Below, piece after piece: positions 1 through 14,560 of a stretch of 64,000 nt of DNA; positions within the stretch are counted from its first letter, which is position 1; each line of letters opens with the position of its first letter. Origin of the DNA: Paragordius varius (lineage: Eukaryota; Animalia; Nematomorpha); contig OZ176060.1 in assembly GCA_964247055.1 (NCBI GenBank), forward strand, positions 62,001 to 126,000, given 5' to 3'. The translations under genes and the position numbers were made by a program. The notes beneath the pieces were generated by a model. It was given only the letters and a program-made list of their open reading frames with translations, had not been told where the DNA came from and made no database searches.

Positions 1-3000
1 ATTCAACAATCTACCGTAAATAATGCAATGTTCAACACAGTGAATTCAATAAATACGTTTTAATTTGGTTAATAATTCTTATTTGATTGTTGGGTTTATG
101 CAGGATTTTGAATATAATTTTACAAGTATAAACATTGGTCTTTTATTTGAGCTTCAATACGTATTCATCCTAAATTGATACTTGCTCGTCGCATTATTGA
201 TTATTTGGTTATATTTTGGATTTAACAATCTACCGTAAATAATGCAATGTACAATGAATTTAATAAAATACGTTTTAATTTGGTTTATGATTCTTATTTG
301 ATTGTTGGGTCTATATGCAGGATTTTGAATATAATTTTACAACTAAAAACATTGGTCTTTTATTTGAGCTTCAATACGTATTCATCCTAAATTGATACTT
401 GCTCGTCGCATTATTGTGTGTTAAAAAATCGATATTAAAAGTATTTTTGGATTCAACAATCTACCGTAAATAATGCAATGAACACAATGAATTTAATAAA
501 AAACGTTTTAATTTGGTTTATGATTCTTATTTGATTGTTGGTATATGCAGGGTTTTGAATATAATTTTACAACTAAAAACATTGGTCTTTTTTTGAGCTT
601 CAATACGTATTCATCCTAAATTGATACTTGCTCGTCGCATTATTGATTATTTGGTTATATTTTGGATTTAACAATCTACCGTAAATAATGCAATGTACAA
701 TGAATTTAATAAAAAACGTTTTAATTTGGTTTATGATTCTTATTTGATTGTTGGTATATGCAGGATTTTGAATATAATTTTACAACTAAAAACATTGGTC
801 TTTTATTTGAGCGTCAATACGTATTCATCCTAAATTGATACTTGCTCGTCGCATTATTGATTATTTGGTTATTTGGATTCAACAATCTACCGTAAATAAT
901 GCAATGTTTAACACAATGGATTTAATAAAAAACGTTTTAATTTGGTTTATGATTCTTATTTGATTGTTGGTATATGCAGGGTTTTGAATATAATTTTACA
1001 ACTAAAAACATTGGTCTTTTTTTGAGCTTCAATACGTATTCATCCTAAATTGATACTTGCTCGTCGCATTATTGATTATTTGGTTATATTTTGGATTTAA
1101 CAATCTACCGTAAATAATGCAATGTACAATGAATTTAATAAAAAACGTTTTAATTTGGTTTATGATTCTTATTTGATTGTTGGTATATGCAGGATTTTGA
1201 ATATAATTTTACAACTAAAAACATTGGTCTTTTATTTGAGCGTCAATACGTATTCATCCTAAATTGATACTTGCTCGTCGCATTATTGATTATTTGGTTA
1301 TTTAGATTCAACAATCTACCGTAAATAATGCAATGTTTAACACAATGAATTTAATAAAAAACGTTTTAATTTGGTTTATGATTCTTATTTGATTGTTGGG
1401 TCTATATGCAGGATTTTGAATATAATTTTACAACTAAAAACATTGGTCTTTTATTTGAGCTTCAATACGTATTCATCCTAAATTGATACTTGCTCGTCGC
1501 ATTATTGATTATTTGGTTATATTTTGGATTTTAACAATCTACCGTAAATAATGCAATGTACAATGAATTTAATAAAATACGTTTTAATTTGGTTTATGAT
1601 TCTTATTTGATTGTTGGGTCTATATGCAGGATTTTGAATATAATTTTACAACTAAAAAGATTGGTCTTTTATTTGAGCTTCAATACGTATTCATCCTAAA
1701 TTGATACTTGCTCGTCGCATTATTGATTATTTGGTTATATTTTGGATTTAACAATCTACCGTAAATAATGCAATGTACAATGAATTTAATAAAAAACGTT
1801 TTAATTTGGTTTATGATTCTTATTTGATTGTTGGTATATGCAGGATTTTGAATATAATTTTACAACTAAAAACATTGGTCTTTTATTTGAGCTTCAATAC
1901 GTATTCATCCTAAATTGATACTTGCTCGTCGCATTATTGATTATTTGGTTATATTTTGAATTCAACAATCTACCGTAAATAATGCAATGTTTAACACAAT
2001 GAATTTAATAAAAAACGTTTTAATTTGGTTTATGATTCTTATTTGATTGTTGGGTCTATATGCAGGATTTTAAATATAATTTTAAAAAACATTGGTCTTT
2101 TATATGAGCTTCAATACGTATTCATCCTAAATTGATACTTGCTCGTCGCATTATTGATTATTTGGTTATTTGGATTCAACAATCTACCGTAAATAATGCA
2201 ATGTTTAACACAATGAATTTAATAAAAAACGTTTTAATTTGGTTTATGATTCTTATTTGATTGTTGGGTCTATATGCAGGATTTCGAATATAATTTTACA
2301 ACTAAAAACATTGGTCTTTTATTTGAGCTTCAATACGTATTCATCCTAAATTGATACTTGCTCGTCGCATTATTGATTATTTGGTTATATTTTGGATTTT
2401 AACAATCTACCGTAAATAATGCAATGTACAATGAATTTAATAAAATACGTTTTAATTTGGTTTATGATTCTTATTTGATTGTTGGGTCTATATGCAGGAT
2501 TTTGAATATAATTTTACAACTAAAAACATTGGTCTTTTATTTAAGCTTCAATACGTATTCATCCTAAATTGATACTTGCTCGTCGCATTATTGATTATTT
2601 GGTTATATTTTGGATTCAACAATCTACCGTAAATAATGCAATGTACAATGAATTTAATAAAATACGTTTTAATTTGGTTTATGATTCTTATTTGATTGTT
2701 GGGTCTATATGCAGGATTTTGAATATAATTTTACAACTAAAAACATTGGTCTTTTATTTGAGCTTCAATACGTATTCATCCTAAATTGATACTTGCTCGT
2801 CGCATTATTGATTATTTGGTTATATTTTGGATTTTAACAATCTACCGTAAATAATGCAATGTACAATGAATTTAATAAAATACGTTTTAATTTGGTTTAT
2901 GATTCTTATTTGATTGTTGGTATATGCAGGATTTTGAATATAATTTTACAACTAAAAACATTGGTCTTTTATTTGAGCGTCAATACGTATTCATCCTAAA

Positions 3001-6000
3001 TTGATACTTGCTCGTCGCATTATTGATTATTTGGTTATTTAGATTCAACAATCTACCGTAAATAATGCAATGTTTAACACAATGAATTTAATAAAAAACG
3101 TTTTAATTTGGTTTATGATTCTTATTTGATTGTTGGGTCTATATGCAGGATTTTGAATATAATTTTACAACTAAAAACATTGGTCTTTTATTTGAGCTTC
3201 AATACGTATTCATCCTAAATTGATACTTGCTCGTCGCATTATTGATTATTTGGTTATATTTTGGATTTTAACAATCTACCGTAAATAATGCAATGTACAA
3301 TGAATTTAATAAAATACGTTTTAATTTGGTTTATGATTCTTATTTGATTGTTGGGTCTATATGCAGGATTTTGAATATAATTTTACAACTAAAAAGATTG
3401 GTCTTTTATTTGAGCTTCAATACGTATTCATCCTAAATTGATACTTGCTCGTCGCATTATTGATTATTTGGTTATATTTTGGATTTAACAATCTACCGTA
3501 AATAATGCAATGTACAATGAATTTAATAAAAAACGTTTTAATTTGGTTTATGATTCTTATTTGATTGTTGGTATATGCAGGATTTTGAATATAATTTTAC
3601 AACTAAAAACATTGGTCTTTTATTTGAGCTTCAATACGTATTCATCCTAAATTGATACTTGCTCGTCGCATTATTGATTATTTGGTTATATTTTGAATTC
3701 AACAATCTACCGTAAATAATGCAATGTTTAACACAATGAATTTAATAAAAAACGTTTTAATTTGGTTTATGATTCTTATTTGATTGTTGGGTCTATATGC
3801 AGGATTTTAAATATAATTTTAAAAAACATTGGTCTTTTATATGAGCTTCAATACGTATTCATCCTAAATTGATACTTGCTCGTCGCATTATTGATTATTT
3901 GGTTATTTGGATTCAACAATCTACCGTAAATAATGCAATGTTTAACACAATGAATTTAATAAAAAACGTTTTAATTTGGTTTATGATTCTTATTTGATTG
4001 TTGGGTCTATATGCAGGATTTCGAATATAATTTTACAACTAAAAACATTGGTCTTTTATTTGAGCTTCAATACGTATTCATCCTAAATTGATACTTGCTC
4101 GTCGCATTATTGATTATTTGGTTATATTTTGGATTTTAACAATCTACCGTAAATAATGCAATGTACAATGAATTTAATAAAATACGTTTTAATTTGGTTT
4201 ATGATTCTTATTTGATTGTTGGGTCTATATGCAGGATTTTGAATATAATTTTACAACTAAAAACATTGGTCTTTTATTTAAGCTTCAATACGTATTCATC
4301 CTAAATTGATACTTGCTCGTCGCATTATTGATTATTTGGTTATATTTTGGATTCAACAATCTACCGTAAATAATGCAATGTACAATGAATTTAATAAAAT
4401 ACGTTTTAATTTGGTTTATGATTCTTATTTGATTGTTGGGTCTATATGCAGGATTTTGAATATAATTTTACAACTAAAAACATTGGTCTTATATTTGAGC
4501 TTCAATACGTATTCATCCTAAATTGATACTTGCTCGTCGCATTATTGATTATTTGGTTATATTTTGGATTCAACAATCTACCGTAAATAATGCAATGTAC
4601 AATGAATTTAATAAAATACGTTTTAATTTGGTTTATGATTCTTATTTGATTGTTGGGTCTATATGCAGGATTTTGAATATAATTTTACAACTAAAAACAT
4701 TGGTCTTTTATTTGAGCTTCAATACGTATTCATCCTAAATTGATACTTGCTCGTCGCATTATTGATTATTTGGTTATATTTTGGATTCAACAATCTACCG
4801 TAAATAATGCAATGTTTAACACAATGAATTTAATAAAATACGTTTAAATTTGGTTAATGATTCTTATTTGATTGTTGGGTCTATATGCAGGATTTTGAAT
4901 ATAATTTTACAACTAAAAACATTGGTCTTTTATTTGAGCTTCAATACGTATTCATCCTAAATTGATACTTGCTCGTCGCATTATTGATTATTTGGTTATT
5001 TGGATTCAACAATCTACCGTATATAATGCAATGTTTAACACAATGAATTTAATAAAAAACGTTTTAATTTGGTTTATGATTATTATTTGATTGTTAGGTC
5101 TATATGCAGGATTTTGAATATAATTTTACAACTAAAAACATTGGTCTTTTATTTGAGCTTCAATACGTATTCATCCTAAATTGATACTTGCTCGTCGCAT
5201 TATTGATTATTTGGTTATATTTTGGATTCAACAATCTACCGTAAATAATGCAATGTTTAACACAATGAATTTAATAAAAAACGTTTTAATTTGGTTTATG
5301 ATTATTATTTGATTGTTAGGTCTATATGCAGGATTTTGAATATAATTTTACAACTAAAAAGATTGGTCTTTTATTTGAGCTTCAATACGTATTCGTCCTA
5401 AATTGATACTTGCTCGTCGCATTATTGATTATTTGGTTATATTTTGGATTGAACAATCTACCGTAAATAATGCAATGAACACAATGAATTTAATAAAAAA
5501 CGTTTTAATTTGGTTTATGATTCTTATTTGATTGTTGGTATATGCAGGATTTTGAATATAATTTTACAACTAAAAACATTGGTCTTTTATTTGAGCTTCA
5601 ATACGTATTCATCCTAAATTGATACTTGCTCGTCGCATTATTGTGTGTTAAAAAATCGATATTAAAAGTATTTTTGGATTCAACAATCTACCGTAAATAA
5701 TGCAATGTTTAACACAATGAATTTAATTAAATACGTTTTAATTTGGTTTATGATTCTTATTTGATTGTTGGGTCTATATGCAGGATTTTGAATATAATTT
5801 TACAACTAAAAACATTGGTTTTATTTGAGCTTCAATACGTATTCATCCTAAATTGATACTTGCTCGTCGCATTATTGATTATTTGGTTATATTTTGGATT
5901 TAACAATCTACCGTAAATAATGCAATGTACAATGAATTTAATAAAATACGTTTTAATTTGGTTTATGATTCTTATTTGATTGTTGGGTCTATATGCAGGA

Positions 6001-9000
6001 TTTTGAATATAATTTTACAACTAAAAAGATTGGTCTTTTATTTGAGCTTCAATACGTATTCATCCTAAATTGATACTTGCTCGTCGCATTATTGATAATT
6101 TGGTTATATTTTGGATTCAACAATCTACCGTAAATAATGCAATGTTTAACACAATGAATTTAATTAAATACGTTTTAATTTGGTTAATGATTCTTATTTG
6201 ATTGTTGGGTCTATATGCAGGATTTTGAATATAATTTTACAACTAAAAACATTAGTCTTTTATTTGAGCTTCAATACGTATTCATCCTAAATTGATACTT
6301 GCTCGTCGCATTATTGATAATTTGGTTATATTTTGGATTCAACAATCTACCGTAAATATTGCAATGTTTAACACAATGAATTTAATTAAATACGTTCTTT
6401 TGTTAATGATTCTTATTTGATTGTTGGGTCTATATGCAGGATTTTGAATATAATTTTACAACTAAAAACATTGGTCTTTTATTTGAGTTTCAATACGTAT
6501 TCATCCTAAATTGATACTTGCTCGTCGCATTATTGATTATTTGGTTATATTTTGGATTCAACAATCTACCGTAAATAATGCAATGTTTAACACAATGAAT
6601 TTAATTAAATACGTTCTTTTGTTAATGATTCTTATTTGATTGTTGAGTCTCTATGCAGGATTTTTAATATAATTTTACAACTAAAAACATTGGTCTTTTA
6701 TTTGAGCTTCAAGACGTATTCATCCTAAATTGATACTTGCTGGTCGCATTATTGATTATTTGGTTATATTTTGGATTCAACAATCTACCGTAAATAATGC
6801 AATGTTTAACACAATGAATTTAATTAAATACGTTCTTTTGTTAATGATTCTTATTTGATTGTTGAGTCTTTATGCAGGATTTTTAATATAATTTTACAAC
6901 TAAAAACATTGGTCTTTTATTTGAGCTTCAATACGTATTCATCCTAAATTGATACTTGCTCGTCGCATTATTGATTATTTGGTTATATTTTGGATTCAAC
7001 AATCTACCGTAAATAATGCAATGTTTAACACAATGAATTTAATTAAATACGTTTTAATTTGGTTAATGATTCTTATTTGATTGTTAAGTCTATATGCAGG
7101 ATTTTGAATATAATTTTACAACTAAACACATTGGTCTTTTATTTGAGCTTCAATACGTATTCATCCTAAATTGATATTTGCTCGTCGCATTATTGATTAG
7201 TTGGTTATATTTTGGATTCAACAATCTACCGTAAATAATGCAATGTTTAAAACAATGAATTTAATTAAATACGTTCTTTTGTTAATGATTCTTATTTGAT
7301 TGTTGGGTCTATATGCAGGATTTTGAATATAATTTTACAACTAAAAACATTGGTCTTTTATTTGAGCTTCAATACGTATTCATCCTAAATTGATACTTTC
7401 TCGTCGCATTATTGATTATTTGGTTATATTTTAGATTCAACAATCTACCGTAAATAATGCAATGTTTAACACAATGAATTTAATTAAATACGTTTTAATT
7501 TGGTTAATGATTCTTTTAGATTGTTGAGTCTCTATGCAGGATTTTTAATATAATTTTACAACTAAAAACATTGGTCTTTTATTTGAGCTTCAATACGTAT
7601 TCATCCTAAATTGATACTTGCTCGTCGCATTATTGATAATTTGGTTATATTTTGGATTCAACAATCTACCGTAAATAATGCAATGTTTAACACAATGAAT
7701 TTAATTAAATACGTTCTTTTGTTAATGATTCTTATTTGATTGTTGGGTCTATATGCAGGATTTTGAATATAATTTTACAACTAAAAACATTGGTCTTTTA
7801 TTTGAGTTTCAATACGTATTCATCCTAAATTGATACTTGCTCGTCGCATTATTGATTATTTGGTTATATTTTGGATTCAATAATCTACCGTAAATAATGC
7901 AATGTTTAACACAATGAATTTAATTAAATACGTTCTTTTGTTAATGATTCTTATTTGATTGTTGGGTCTATATGCAGGATTTTGAATATAATTTTACAAC
8001 TAAAAACATTGGTCTTTTATTTGAGCTTCAATACGTATTCATCCTAAATTGATACTTGCTCGTCGCATTATTGATAATTTGGTTATATTTTGGATTCAAC
8101 AATCTACCGTAAATAATGCAATGTTTAACACAATGAATTTAATTAAATACGTTCTTTTGTTAATGATTCTTATTTGATTGTTGGGTCTATATGCAGGATT
8201 TTGAATATAATTTTACAACTAAAAACATTGGTCTTTTATTTGAGTTTCAATACGTATTCATCCTAAATTGATACTTGCTCGTCGCATTATTGATTATTTG
8301 GTTATATTTTGGATTCAATAATCTACCGTAAATAATGCAATGTTTAACACAATGAATTTAATTAAATACGTTCTTTTGTTAATGATTCTTATTTGATTGT
8401 TGGGTCTATATGCAGGATTTTGAATATAATTTTACAACTAAAAACATTAGTCTTTTATTTGAGCTTCAATACGTATTCATCCTAAATTGATACTTGCTCG
8501 TCGCATTATTGATAATTTGGTTATATTTTGGATTCAACAATCTACCGTAAATAATGCAATGTTTAACACAATGAATTTAATTAAATACGTTTTTATTTGG
8601 TTAATGATTCTTATTTGATTGTTGGGTCTATATGCAGGATTTTAAATATAATTTTACAACTAAAAACATTAGTCTTTTATTTGAGCTTCAATACGTATTC
8701 ATCCTAAATTGATACTTGCTCGTCGCATTATTGATAATTTGGTTATATTTTGGATTCAACAATCTACCGTAAATAATGCAATGTTTAACACAATGAATTT
8801 AATTAAATACGTTCTTTTGTTAATGATTCTTATTTGATTGTTGGGTCTATATGCAGGATTTTGAATATAATTTTACAACTAAAAACATTGGTCTTTTATT
8901 TGAGTTTCAATACGTATTCATCCTAAATTGATACTTGCTCGTCGCATTATTGATTATTTGGTTATATTTTGGATTCAACAATCTACCGTAAATAATGCAA

Positions 9001-12000
9001 TGTTTAACACAATGAATTTAATAAAATACGTTTAAATTTGGTTAATGATTCTTATTTGATTGTTGGGTCTATATGCAGGATTTTGAATATAATTTTACAA
9101 CTAAAAACATTGGTCTTTTATTTGAGTTTCAATACGTATTCATCCTAAATTGATACTTGCTCGTCGCATTATTGATAATTTGGTTATATTTTGGATTCAA
9201 CAATCTACCGTAAATAATGCAATGTTTAACACAATGAATTTAATTAAATACGTTCTTTTGTTAATGATTCTTATTTGATTGTTGAGTCTCTATGCAGGAT
9301 TTTGAATATAATTTTACAACTAAAAACATTAGTCTTTTATTTGAGCTTCAATACGTATTCATCCTAAATTGATACTTGCTCGTCGCATTATTGATAATTT
9401 GGTTATATTTTGGATTCAACAATCTACCGTAAATAATGCAATGTTTAACACAATGAATTTAATTAAATACGTTCTTTTGTTAATGATTCTTATTTGATTG
9501 TTGGGTCTATATGCAGGATTTTGAATATAATTTTACAACTAAAAACATTGGTCTTTTATTTGAGCTTCAATACGTATTCATCCTAAATTGATACTTGCTC
9601 GTCGCATTATTGATTATTTGGTTATATTTTGGATTCAACAATCTACCGTAAAATGCAATGTTTAACACTATGAATTTAATTAAATACGTTTTAAATTAAT
9701 TAATGATTCTTTTTTGATTGTTGAGTCTCTATGCAATATTTTGAATATAATTTTACAACTAAAAACATTGGTCTTTTATTTGAGCTTCAATACGTATTCA
9801 TCCTAAATTGATACTTGCTCGTCGCATTATTGATTATTTGGTTATATTTTGGATTCAACAATCTACCGTAAATAATGCAATGTTTAACACAATGAATTTA
9901 ATTAAATACGTTCTTTTGTTAATGATTCTTATTTGATTGTTGAGTCTCTATGCAGGATTTTGAATATAATTTTACAACTAAAAACATTGGTCTTTTATTT
10001 GAGCTTCAATACGTATTCATCCTAAATTGATACTTGCTCGTCGCATTATTGATAATTTGGTTATATTTTGGATTCAACAATCTACCGTAAATAATGCAAT
10101 GTTTAACACAATGAATTTAATTAAATACGTTTTTATTTGGTTAATGATTCTTATTTGATTGTTGGGTCTATATGCAGGATTTTAAATATAATTTTACAAC
10201 TAAAAACATTAGTCTTTTATTTGAGCTTCAATACGTATTCATCCTAAATTGATACTTGCTCGTCGCATTATTGATAATTTGGTTATATTTTGGATTCAAC
10301 AATCTACCGTAAATAATGCAATGTTTAACACAATGAATTTAATTAAATACGTTCTTTTGTTAATGATTCTTATTTGATTGTTGGGTCTATATGCAGGATT
10401 TTGAATATAATTTTCCAACTAAAAACATTGGTCTTTTATTTGAGTTTCAATACGTATTCATCCTAAATTGATACTTGCTCGTCGCATTATTGATTATTTG
10501 GTTATATTTTGGATTCAACAATCTACCGTAAATAATGCAATGTTTAACACAATGAATTTAATAAAATACGTTTAAATTTGGTTAATGATTCTTATTTGAT
10601 TGTTGGGTCTATATGCAGGATTTTGAATATAATTTTACAACTAAAAACATTGGTCTTTTATTTGAGTTTCAATACGTATTCATCCTAAATTGATACTTGC
10701 TCGTCGCATTATTGATAATTTGGTTATATTTTGGATTCAACAATCTACCGTAAATAATGCAATGTTTAACACAATGAATTTAATTAAATACGTTCTTTTG
10801 TTAATGATTCTTATTTGATTGTTGGGTCTATATGCAGGATTTTGAATATAATTTTACAACTAAAAACATTGGTCTTTTATTTGAGCTTCAATACGTATTC
10901 ATCCTAAATTGATACTTGCTCGTCGCATTATTGATTATTTGGTTATATTTTGGATTCAACAATCTACCGTAAAATGCAATGTTTAACACAATGAATTTAA
11001 TTAAATACGTTCTTTTGTTAATGATTCTTATTTGATTGTTGAGTCTCTATGCAGGATTTTGAATATAATTTTACAACTAAAAACATTGGTCTTTTATTTG
11101 AGCTTCAAAACGTATTCATCCTAAATTGATACTTGCTGGTCGCATTATTGATTATTTGGTTATATTTTGGATTCAACAATCTACCGTAAATAATGCAATG
11201 TTTAACACAATGAATTTAATTAAATACGTTCTTTTGTTAATGATTCTTATTTGATTGTTGAGTCTCTATGCAGGATTTTGAATATAATTTTACAACTAAA
11301 AACATTGGTCTTTTATTTGAGCTTCAATACGTATTCATCCTAAATTGATACTTGCTCGTCGCATTATTGATTATTTGGTTATATTTTGGATTCAACAATC
11401 TACCGTAAATAATGCAATGTTTAACACAATGAATTTAATTAAATACGTTCTTTTGTTAATGATTCTTATTTGATTGTTGAGTCTCTATGCAGGATTTTGA
11501 ATATAATTTTACAACTAAAAACATTGGTCTTTTATTTGAGCTTCAATACGTATTCATCCTAAATTGATACTTGCTCGTCGCATTATTGATTATTTGGTTA
11601 TATTTTGGATTCAACAATCTACCGTAAATAATGCAATGTTTAACACAATGAATTTAATTAAATACGTTCTTTTGTTAATGATTCTTATTTGATTGTTGAG
11701 TCTCTATGCAGGATTTTTAATATAATTTTACAACTAAAAACATTGGTCTTTTATCTGAGCTTCAATACGTATTCATCCTAAATTGATACTTGCTCGTCGC
11801 ATTATTGATTATTTGGTTATATTTTGGATTCAACAATCTACCGTAAATAATGCAATGTTTAACACAATGAATTTAATTAAATACGTTCTTTTGTTAATGA
11901 TTCTTATTTGATTGTTGAGTCTCTATGCAGGATTTTGAATATAATTTTACAACTAAAAACATTGGTCTTTTATTTGAGCTTCGATACGTATTCATCCTAA

Positions 12001-14560
12001 ATTGATACTTGCTCGTCGCATTATTGATTATTTGGTTATATTTTGGATTCAACAATCTACCGTAAATAATGCAATGTTTAACACAATGAATTTAATTAAA
12101 TACGTTTTAATTTGGTTAATGATTCTTATTTGATTGTTGAGTCTCTATGCAGGATTTTGAATATAATTTTACAACTAAAAACATTGGTCTTTTATTTGAG
12201 CTTCAATACGTATTCATCCTAAATTGATACTTGCTGGTCGCATTATTGATTATTTGGTTATATTTTGGATTCAACAATCTACCGTAAATAATGCAATGTT
12301 TAACACAATGAATTTAATTAAATACGTTTTAATTTGGTTAATGATTCTTATTTGATTGTTGAGTCTCTATGCAGGATTTTGAATATAATTTTACAACTAA
12401 AAACATTGCTCTTTTATTTGAGTTTCAATACGTATTCATCCTAAATTGATACTTGCTCGTCGCATTATTGATTATTTGGTTATATTTTGGATTCAACAAT
12501 CTACCGTAAATAATGCAATGTTTAACACAATGAATTTAATTAAATACGTTCTTTTGTTAATGATTCTTATTTGATTGTTGAGTCTATATGCAGGATTTTG
12601 AATATAATTTTACAACTAAAAACATTGGTCTTTTATTTGAGCTTCAATACGTATTCATCCTAAATTGATACTTGCTCGTCGCATTATTGATTATTTGGTT
12701 ATATTTTGGATTCAACAATCTACCGTAAATAATGCAATGTTTAACACAATGAATTTAATTAAATACGTTTTAATTTGGTTAATGATTCTTTTAGATTGTT
12801 GAGTCTCTATGCAGGATTTTTAATATAATTTTACAACTAAAAACATTGGTCTTTTATTTGAGCTTCAATACGTATTCATCCTAAATTGATACTTGCTGGT
12901 CTCATTATTGATTATTTGGTTATATTTTGGATTCAACAATCTACCGTAAATAATACAATGTTTAACACAATGAATTTAATTAAATACGTTCTTTTGTTAA
13001 TAATTCTTATTTGATTGTTGGGTCTATATGCAGGATTTTGAATATAATTTTACAACTAAAAACATTGGTCTTTTATTTGAGTTTATTTGCTCGTCGCATT
13101 ATTGATTATTTGGTTATTTGGATTCAACAATCTACCGTAAACAATGCAATGTTTAACACAATGAATTTAATAAAAAACGTTTTAATTTGGTTAATGATTC
13201 TTATTTGATTGTTGGGTCTATATGCAGGATTTTGAATATAATTTTACAACTAAAAACATTAGTCTTTTATTTGAGCTTTTATACGTATTCATCCTAAATT
13301 GATACTTGCTCGTCGCATTATTGATTATTTGGTTATATTTTGGATTCAACAATCTACCGTAAATAATGCAATGTTTAACACAATGAATTTAATTAAATAC
13401 GTTTTAATTTGGTTAATGATTCTTATTTGATTGTTGGGTCTATATGCAGGATTTTTAATATAATTTTACAACTAAAAACATTGGTCTTTTATTTGAGTTT
13501 ATTTGCTCGTCGCATTATTGATTATTTGGTTATTTGGATTCAACAATCTACCGTAAACAATGCAGTGTTTAACACAATAAATTTAATAAAAAACGTTTTA
13601 ATTTGGTTAATGATTCTTATTTGATTGTTGGGTCTATATGCAGGATTTTGAATATAATTTTACAACTAAAAACATTGGTCTTTTATTTGAGTTTATTTGC
13701 TCGTCGCATTATTGATTATTTGGTTATTTGGATTCAACAATCTACCGTAAACAATGCAATATTTAACACAATGAATTTAATAAAAAACGTTTTAATTTGG
13801 TTAATGATTCTTATTTGATTGTTGGGTCTATATGCAGGATTTTAAATATAATTTTACAACTAAAAACATTAGTCTTTTATTTGAGCTTCAATACGTATTC
13901 ATCCTAAATTGATACTTGCTCGTCGCATTATTGATTATTTGGTTATATTTTGGATTCAACAATCTACCGTAAATAATGCAATGTTTAACACAATGAATTT
14001 AATTAAATACGTTTTATTTTGGTTAATGATTCTTATTTGATTGTTGAGTCTCTATGCAGGATTTTTAATATAATTTTACAACTAAAAACATTGGTCTTTT
14101 ATTTGAGTTTATTTGCTCGTCGCATTATTGATTATTTGGTTATTTGGATTCAACAATCTACCGTAAACAATGCAATGTTTAACACAATGAATTTAATAAA
14201 AAACGTTTTAATTTGGTTAATGATTCTTATTTGATTGTTGGGTCTATATGCAGGATTTTAAATATAATTTTACAACTAAAAACATTGGTCTTTTATTTGA
14301 GCTTCAATACGTATTCATCCTAAATTGATACTTGCTCGTCGCATTATTGATTATTTGGTTATATTTTGGATTCGACAATCTACAATGTTTAACACAATGA
14401 ATTTAATAAAATACGTTTTAATTTGGTTTATGATTCTTATTTGATTGTTGGGTCTATATGCAGGATTTTGAATATAATTTTACAACTAAAAACATTGGTC
14501 TTTTATTTGAGCTTCAATACGTATTCATCCTAAATTGATACTTGCTCGTCGCATTATTGA
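1..14560. repeat. Satellite domain A: ~217-bp monomer (variants ~212 and 194 bp)
   Basis: Period is 217 (near-identical ORFs start at 4306 and 4523). The diagnostic segment TTTGGTTATATTTTGG lacks the B-type AGAATCCAT...AATGTAT insert. Confidence 0.95.
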
